From Dickeya dadantii NCPPB 898 (GTDB taxonomy: Bacteria; Pseudomonadota; Gammaproteobacteria; Enterobacterales; Enterobacteriaceae): a stretch of 32,000 nt of DNA. The translations under genes were made by a program, and so were the position numbers. Below the pieces are notes generated by a model. That model was given only the letters and a program-made list of their open reading frames with translations. It did no database searches and had not been told where the DNA came from. The DNA lies in contig NZ_CM001976.1 in assembly GCF_000406145.1 (NCBI RefSeq), forward strand, positions 1,712,551-1,744,550. The letters are read 5' to 3'. Numbering within the stretch: position 1 is the first letter of the stretch; every line of letters begins with the position of its first letter. Shown piece after piece: positions 26,169 through 32,000 of the stretch.

Positions 26169-26175
26169 GTGGTGG

Positions 26176-27267
26176 TTATTTCAGGTTCTTGCTGAAGAAA
26201 TCAGTAATCTTATCAAACGGAATTTTATCCAGACGGTCGTACAAATCGACATGGTCGGCATTTTTGATAATCATCAGTTCTTTCGGCTGCGCCGCCGCTT
26301 TGTAGGCATCCTCGCTAAAGTAGCGTGAATGCGCGTTCTCACCGGCGATTAACAAAATCGGACGCGGCGATATTTCGTTGATGTAGGTCATCAGCGGCAT
26401 ATTCATGAACGACAGCGGCATGGTGGCCGTCCAGGCACCATTGGAGTTCGGCGAACGCTTGTGGAAGCCGCGAGGCGTGCGGTAGTAGTCGAAGTACATG
26501 CGAACGACCGGGTCGGTGATGCCTTCCCGCGTTTCAGGCAGGATTCTTGGACCTGGGGCCGGAGAACCTTGTTCAGCATCCACCCAGCGCTGCCGGCTCA
26601 TTTGTTCCAGCATCTGCGTGCGCTGTTGCCCGGTTCGACTATCGTAATAGCCTTTAGACATCACGCGCGACATGTCGTACATGCTGGTGGTGACCACCGC
26701 TTTAATCCGCTTGTCCACGGCGGCGGCGTTCAGGCTCATGCCGCCGAAACCACATATGCCGATGATGCCGATACGGTTGCGATCGACAAAAGGCTGCAAA
26801 CCGAGAAAGTCGACCGCGGCGCTGAAATCTTCGGTATTGATATCCGGTGAGGCCACATTGCGAGGCTCTCCGCCGCTTTCTCCGGTATAGGACGGGTCGA
26901 AGGCCAGCGTGACATAGCCGCGTTCGGCCAGGGTTTGTGCATACAGACCGGATGACTGCTCTTTTACCGCGCCAAACGGGCCGCCGATAGCAAGCGCGGC
27001 CAGTCGCTGGTCGCCGCGGTTTTTCGGCAGATACAGGTCAGCAGCCAGGGTGATGCCGTAACGATTTTTGAACGTGACTTTTCGATGGTCGACTTTATCG
27101 CTTTTCGGGAAGGTTTTATCCCATGTCTGGGTCAGTTGCAGGGCGTCGCCATTGGCTGACGAGGAAGGCGTCTGTGCCAGCACGGGCTGAGCGCTGGTCA
27201 ATAGCACCGTGACACAAATAGCGATAGCGCTTTGAATCAACGTGTTGCGGGAACGCGGGCGGTTCAT
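26176..27267 (-). CDS. secreted alpha/beta hydrolase with Cys at the nucleophile-elbow position (dienelactone-hydrolase-like)
   Basis: The ATG at 27267 has a GAGAGG RBS and gives a Sec-type signal, MNRPRSRNTLIQSAIAICVTVLLTSAQPVLA/Q. GIIGICGFGG places Cys where G-x-S-x-G normally has Ser. A C-terminal ADH(V)DLYD His motif is present. Confidence 0.7.
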   Translation of the reverse strand: MNRPRSRNTLIQSAIAICVTVLLTSAQPVLAQTPSSSANGDALQLTQTWDKTFPKSDKVDHRKVTFKNRYGITLAADLYLPKNRGDQRLAALAIGGPFGAVKEQSSGLYAQTLAERGYVTLAFDPSYTGESGGEPRNVASPDINTEDFSAAVDFLGLQPFVDRNRIGIIGICGFGGMSLNAAAVDKRIKAVVTTSMYDMSRVMSKGYYDSRTGQQRTQMLEQMSRQRWVDAEQGSPAPGPRILPETREGITDPVVRMYFDYYRTPRGFHKRSPNSNGAWTATMPLSFMNMPLMTYINEISPRPILLIAGENAHSRYFSEDAYKAAAQPKELMIIKNADHVDLYDRLDKIPFDKITDFFSKNLK

Positions 27268-27405
27268 GCGGATTACCTCTCGGATTATAGCGGCTTGATG
27301 CGAACCATACTCTGGCGATGGAGACCGTGAGGACCCACCGGCAGAGTAATGGCGTATGTTTAAGACACCACCGGCCTTATCGGCGGTGGTATCACGACTC
27401 AACAA

Positions 27406-28554
27406 CTACAACGCATTCTTCAGAATGGCGGTCACGACTTCCGGGGGATAAGTGTCGGCAATACCGAAGAGGCGGACGTTGCTCTGTACGTTTTCAACGA
27501 TGGTGGGCAGAGCGGTTTCTTTAATCTCCAGCTGTGGCAGGCGAGTGGGGGTGCCGATGGTGTTGAACCAGCTCTCCAGTGCGGCAATGCCTTGCTCGCC
27601 GGTATCGACGCCAAAGACGTTGCGGGCAAATCGTTCGAACTGCGCCGGGTTACGGCCGATGTACCATTTCATCCAGGCCGGGACTACCACCGACAGACCC
27701 GCGCCATGCGGCACGTTGAACAGTGCGGAAAGCGAGTGTTCGATGGCGTGGTTGGGATAGCTAAAGCCCGCGGTGCCGGAAAAAGTCAGACCATTCAACG
27801 CTAATGTCGCGGCCCATGCGAACTGCGCGCGGGCGCCATAATCCGCTGGATCGGCAAGCAGGGCTTCCGTGGTTTCGATAACCGTGTTGATAAGCGATTC
27901 AACCAGCCGTGATTGCAGGTGGGGATGGACGGTGGCGGTGAAGTACACCTCGATCAAATGGGCGATGACATCCGATGCGGAATACACCAGATAGTCCCGA
28001 GGTACGCCCTGCATCAGCACCGGGTTGACGATGGAGACTTTGGGGAACAGTGCGGTCGACGAGATGAAGAATTTTTCCTGGGTTTGGTCATTGGTGACCA
28101 CGGCGCCTGGGTTCATTTCACTGCCGGTTGCCGCCAGCGTCAGGATGGCGAACAGCGGCAGCGCCGACTCGACGGGCGCCTTAGCGGTAAACAAGTCCCA
28201 GACATCGCCGTCGTAACGCACACCCGCCGCGATGGCCTTGACGCTGTCGAGCACCGAGCCGCCGCCGACGCTCAGAATGGCGTCGACCTGATGCGCTTTT
28301 GCCAGCGCAATGCCTTCCCGCACCGTCGAGATAACCGGGTTGCTGACGATGCCGCCGCATTCGACCAGTTCGATGCCTTGCCCGGCGAGACTCTGGCTGA
28401 CGGTGTTGAAAAGACCGTCGCGTTTGATACGGTCACTGCCGTAGCAGAGCAGCACTGTGTTAATGCCGTGATCGGCCAGATGCTGGCCGATCTGCTGTTC
28501 TTTGCCGACGCCGAATTCGATTTGGGTCGGGTTAAAGAAAGTGAAGTTTTCCAT
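27406..28554 (-). CDS. iron-containing (group III) alcohol dehydrogenase, YqhD/butanol-dehydrogenase-like
   Basis: GGGSVLDSVKAIA, the metal-binding histidines (DVIAHLIE, NHAIEHSLS...PHGAG) and the N-terminus MENFTFFNPTQIEFGVGK are typical of this family. The ATG at 28554 has an AAGGA RBS. The 34-codon upstream extension is not protein-like. Confidence 0.9.
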   Translation of the reverse strand: MENFTFFNPTQIEFGVGKEQQIGQHLADHGINTVLLCYGSDRIKRDGLFNTVSQSLAGQGIELVECGGIVSNPVISTVREGIALAKAHQVDAILSVGGGSVLDSVKAIAAGVRYDGDVWDLFTAKAPVESALPLFAILTLAATGSEMNPGAVVTNDQTQEKFFISSTALFPKVSIVNPVLMQGVPRDYLVYSASDVIAHLIEVYFTATVHPHLQSRLVESLINTVIETTEALLADPADYGARAQFAWAATLALNGLTFSGTAGFSYPNHAIEHSLSALFNVPHGAGLSVVVPAWMKWYIGRNPAQFERFARNVFGVDTGEQGIAALESWFNTIGTPTRLPQLEIKETALPTIVENVQSNVRLFGIADTYPPEVVTAILKNAL

Positions 28555-28847
28555 AGTACGTCCTTTGAATCTGTCTGGTTGCTCATTTGACCGCCGGACA
28601 CAGGCTGAGGGGATGAGCGGATTGAATCGACACACACCGGAACGGAGCGAAAACACGTTCTGAGGGATGACCGGGATTGCGCTGACCGTTTAATGCGCTT
28701 GCCGAATGCATTTTTCGTGATTTTGTTCGCCCATCGATAGACAGATACTCCGCATTTCTTGCCTGATTCTCCAACTGCCGGGATTGGCGATTGGCGCGCT
28801 CGTGTTGGGGGGATATGCTGCATACAGACACTGACGGGAGACGAGGT

Positions 28848-29819
28848 ATGCCGCATCAGCAGCAACAGAGAGGACGGTACGACGCCGACGCGGTCGACGC
28901 GACGTGTGAGGCGATGGTTGAGGTTATCGGGCGATGGACCGCTGGCCAGAGCGATTGTGCGACCCCGATTCCGAGCCTCACGCTCTATCGACGAGAAGCT
29001 CTGATGCCGCCGGCCATTTGTCTGGTCGAGCCCTGCATTGTTCTCGTGGTTCAGGGCGAAAAACAAATGTTGGTGGGCGGCGAGGCTTACTCTTATAACA
29101 CCCGGCGTTTTCTGATTACGTCGCTGGATCTCCCGGCCAATTCGCAAGTGGACGTTGCCAGCCCGGAAAAACCCTGCCTGGGGCTGACCATGAAGTTTGA
29201 CCTTCGCATCATGGCGGAGCTGATCGCACAAGGCAGTCTGCCGTTGCCCACCGCGCGGGTAAATGACAGAGGCATTGGCATCGGTACGGTCACGCCGGTG
29301 TTGATTGAACCCTTCAGGCGGATGCTGGATTTGCTTGATGAGCCCGGCTCAATCCCGGTGCTCGCACCGCTGATCGAGCGGGAAATTCACTATCGCCTGC
29401 TGATGAGCGATCAGGCCGCGCGGTTATGGCAAATTGCCTCGGTGGGAAGCCAGGGGCATCGGGTCGCCAGGGCCATCGACTGGCTGAAGATGAATTACAC
29501 CGCCACATTGAGGATTGATGAGCTTGCGGCCTATGTGCAGATGAGCACATCAAGCCTGCACCATTACTTTCGGCAGCTTACTGCCATGAGTCCCTTGCAG
29601 TATCAAAAGTGGCTGCGGTTGAATGAGGCCCGACGCCTGATGCTGAATGAGGATTTTGACGCGGCCAGCGCGGCCTTCGACGTCGGCTATGAAAGCCCGT
29701 CACAATTCAGCCGTGAGTACACGCGTCTTTTCGGCGCGCCGCCAAAGCGTGACATAGAAGGATTACGGCGCAAGGCTGATCCTGAGGGGGGAGGGCTCCT
29801 CACCCGGAGAGCCAGATAA
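28848..29819 (+). CDS. AraC-family regulator with AraC_N (YqhC-like) sensor domain
   Basis: CIVLVVQGEKQMLVGGEAYSYNTRRFLITSLDLP resembles the AraC_N domain. The C-terminal dual HTH is LRIDELAAYVQMSTSSLHHYFRQ...GYESPSQFSREYTRLFG. The gene is divergent from the Fe-ADH, as in the yqhC/yqhD arrangement. The ATG at 28848 has a GGGAGA RBS. Confidence 0.85.
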   Translation: MPHQQQQRGRYDADAVDATCEAMVEVIGRWTAGQSDCATPIPSLTLYRREALMPPAICLVEPCIVLVVQGEKQMLVGGEAYSYNTRRFLITSLDLPANSQVDVASPEKPCLGLTMKFDLRIMAELIAQGSLPLPTARVNDRGIGIGTVTPVLIEPFRRMLDLLDEPGSIPVLAPLIEREIHYRLLMSDQAARLWQIASVGSQGHRVARAIDWLKMNYTATLRIDELAAYVQMSTSSLHHYFRQLTAMSPLQYQKWLRLNEARRLMLNEDFDAASAAFDVGYESPSQFSREYTRLFGAPPKRDIEGLRRKADPEGGGLLTRRAR

Positions 29820-29904
29820 GCCACAAAAACCAGGGGCAGAGTTTCCTTTTCCGATTAATCAGCGTTATTGTTCCGGTCATTCGATGTCTGCTTCAGGAAT
29901 CACG

Positions 29905-30333
29905 ATGATGAATGAGTCGTTCACTATCGGCGAAGAGCATGTACGGTTTTCCACCCCCGATCTCGCCTTGCCGATGGGATACCGCGCCATCGCTCGCCAG
30001 TTTTTCCACCACAACATCCCGTCGCCTTATGACGTGGAAATGGCGATCGCCGCTATTGAAGACCTGCTTCAGTCAGCACCTGCGTTACGTCAGGTAGCGC
30101 AACATTTCTCTTCCGCCGACCATTATCTTAAAGAGATAGCGCGTAGCGCCGGCAGCCATGACATGTTGACTCAGCAACAAATCGAGAACGTGTTCAACCG
30201 GGTGGCGGATGTTATTTCCGGCAGCCCCTGGCGTGATGGTGAATTCCCGGATGAGACGGGCTTTATCAGCTACCTGATCATTGTGCGCGAGCTATCGCAC
30301 CATCTTAATATTCAGCAGATCACGCTGGCATAG
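29905..30333 (+). CDS. hypothetical protein (142 aa), no confidently recognised family
   Basis: The ORF has protein-like composition. AGGA lies 6 nt before the ATG at 29905; the ORF track start at 29884 is also possible. No TM helix or signal peptide is visible. Confidence 0.55.
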   Translation: MMNESFTIGEEHVRFSTPDLALPMGYRAIARQFFHHNIPSPYDVEMAIAAIEDLLQSAPALRQVAQHFSSADHYLKEIARSAGSHDMLTQQQIENVFNRVADVISGSPWRDGEFPDETGFISYLIIVRELSHHLNIQQITLA

Positions 30334-30386
30334 TACGCGGTTCGCTCGGTAAAAGGGGCTGTATCAATGACGATGCATCATCATGG

Positions 30387-31304
30387 TTATAACGCGCGGA
30401 TTATCGGCCTTTTGCGTTGACGCTGATCGCACCACAGCGTGAAGATCCCAGCCATGACGATAATCGACGCCCCAAGCAAGGTGGCGTTGCCGGGTAAGCT
30501 GTCGAGAAACAAATAACCTATCACCATCGACCACACTAGCGTGGTGTAATCAAACGGTGCGAGTAGTGAGGCGTCGGCATAGCGCAGGCTGAGCGTGACC
30601 AGAATTTGCGCCAGCCCGCCAAATACGCCGCAGCCAATCAGCAACGCCCATTGCCCGCCAACAGGACGTGCCCAGCCCCAAAATGTGGTCGAGAGGCCAA
30701 TCAGCGTCGTCATCAGCGAAAAATAAAAAACGATCGCCCCCGGCGTTTCGACGCCATTCAGGAAGCGAATTTGTACATTTGATGTGGCGGAACAGAGTGC
30801 CGCAAGCAAGGCAAAGAGCGTTCCCAGCGCGGCGTCGTCAAAGGTGAAGCCGGATGCCCATAACGTGTGACCGAGAGTGAGGTTTGACGACAGCATAATC
30901 ACAATGCCGCTAAAGCCGACCAGAACCGCCAGCCAACGATAAAAGCGTACTGTCTCTTTCAGCAATATCGCGGCCATGAGAACGGTAAATAGCGGTACGG
31001 CATAACTGATGGCCGTGGCGTCGGCCAGCGAGATGTAAATCAGTGCCAGATAGTTGAAATACATACCGCCAGTACCGGATAAACCGCGAATAACATGGCC
31101 GAAAATATTTTGCGTTTTGATGCTTTCTCTAATACTGCCTTGTAGTTTTAACCACAACAACAGTGGAAATAGGGCGACGAATGAGCGGAAAAAAATGACT
31201 TCTCCGGTGGGAATGGCGCCGTGTAGGCCTTTGACGCAGGCCAGCATTAATGTCGCACACAGCGCTGACATTATTTTCAGCAATATCCCAAGTTTGGCAT
31301 TCAT
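30387..31304 (-). CDS. DMT-superfamily (EamA-type) transporter
   Basis: The protein is 305 aa with about 10 TM helices arranged as two EamA-like halves. Confidence 0.8.
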   Translation of the reverse strand: MNAKLGILLKIMSALCATLMLACVKGLHGAIPTGEVIFFRSFVALFPLLLWLKLQGSIRESIKTQNIFGHVIRGLSGTGGMYFNYLALIYISLADATAISYAVPLFTVLMAAILLKETVRFYRWLAVLVGFSGIVIMLSSNLTLGHTLWASGFTFDDAALGTLFALLAALCSATSNVQIRFLNGVETPGAIVFYFSLMTTLIGLSTTFWGWARPVGGQWALLIGCGVFGGLAQILVTLSLRYADASLLAPFDYTTLVWSMVIGYLFLDSLPGNATLLGASIIVMAGIFTLWCDQRQRKRPIIRAL

Positions 31305-31593
31305 TGTCTTACCTTTTACAACCTACCGGTGTAGATGAGCCCTCACCTTAAAACGCCGGTAAAGTGCACTGATAAGATAATTTCCCTCTGTCCGAATAAT
31401 CTTTTCTTATTACCGGATTCCGCCTGTGGGGCGTGATAGTGGTCATATAAATTGTGTATCTCGCGACAGGGTTTCCCTCTTATGCCGTTAACCGCAAAGT
31501 CCGTATATTCCAGAGAATACGGGCTGCCGTACTGGGCCGCTCCGGTAATAAAAAGTCGTGTATTCAAAGCATTAACACTTTGGGGGAAACATC

Positions 31594-32000
31594 ATGACAG
31601 TAAAAAAATTATCTGCCGTTTTGGCGTCGTCGGTTTTATTCACCAGCATTGGCGCGCAGGCGGACCTGCTGGCCGATATGACTGCCCGGGGGGAGTTGAA
31701 GTGTGCGGTTTATTCTGATGTTCCCCCGTTTTCATCACCGGATGCGAACACACGTCAATTGGTGGGAATGGATGTCGACCTGTGCAATGCGCTGGCGAAG
31801 CAAATGGGGTTGAAGCTGGTGCTGGTGCCGACATCGGTAGAAGCCCGCATTGCCGTGATTGTTACCGGGCGCGCCGATGTGCTGATCGCCAATCTGGCCT
31901 ACACGAAAACCCGCGGTAACCAAATCCAGTTCAGCGATCCGTACTACGTGGCTAAAGAGATGTTGCTGGTGAAGAAAGAGAACGCAGATAAAACCCTTGA
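31594..32000 (+). CDS. amino-acid ABC transporter periplasmic binding protein (3' end outside the window)
   Basis: This ORF is not in the supplied track because it has no stop in the window. The ATG at 31594 is preceded by GGGGGA. It translates to MTVKKLSAVLASSVLFTSIGAQA/DLL...GELKCAVYSDVPPFS...GMDVDLCNALAKQMG...FSDPYY, i.e. a signal peptide plus PBP type-2 family-3 motifs. Confidence 0.8.
   Translation, partial: MTVKKLSAVLASSVLFTSIGAQADLLADMTARGELKCAVYSDVPPFSSPDANTRQLVGMDVDLCNALAKQMGLKLVLVPTSVEARIAVIVTGRADVLIANLAYTKTRGNQIQFSDPYYVAKEMLLVKKENADKTL

Noticed and set aside
27284-27289. Perfect TATAAT (minus strand) just upstream of the secreted hydrolase RBS, as an independent promoter
   Set aside because: There is no acceptable -35 at a 16-18 nt spacing. 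The implied leader would be only about 10 nt and would truncate the RBS, so the evidence is insufficient.
28272-29231. 319-aa minus-strand ORF bridging the ADH 5' end, the divergent promoter region and the AraC 5' end
   Set aside because: It overlaps two real genes on both sides and crosses the intergenic promoter region. The sequence is Arg/Ser-rich and non-protein-like.

Overview
This window looks like a chromosomal segment of a high-GC gamma-proteobacterium. An Enterobacterales or soft-rot-like organism is my inference, based on a Klebsiella-type mdc gene order and a Yersinia-type YfeA. It reads as a mosaic of metabolic and transport modules. I found no integrase, transposase, phage, CRISPR, tRNA/rRNA or recognisable defence genes.

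Left to right:
- A 5'-truncated alpha/beta-hydrolase esterase, translationally coupled to a secreted alginate-lyase-family protein.
- A PLP-dependent Ser/Thr dehydratase divergent from a YheO-like regulator.
- An AT-rich patch carrying an orphan MFS transporter and an orphan cheV.
- A complete malonate decarboxylase locus, mdcABCDE-(257-bp spacer)-FGH, with a convergent mdcR.
- The Fur-box-controlled yfeABCD (sitABCD-type) Mn/Fe ABC importer.
- A TetR/NmrA-like divergent pair with twin palindromic operators.
- A low-GC block encoding a LysR regulator, an ACS-family MFS, an SDR and a split transketolase.
- A YqhC/YqhD-like AraC regulator and Fe-alcohol dehydrogenase pair, with a secreted alpha/beta hydrolase that has Cys at the nucleophile position.
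- A small unassignable protein, an EamA/DMT exporter, and the 5' part of an amino-acid ABC binding protein that runs off the right edge.

The best candidate for something undescribed is the kinase-less MFS-SDR-split-transketolase module at about 20.9-26.1 kb. Its right edge ends in a degenerate 17-bp tandem repeat that starts inside the last gene. That call rests on gene content and composition only, with no homology search behind it. The many long ORFs antisense to the GC-rich genes are treated as compositional artefacts.
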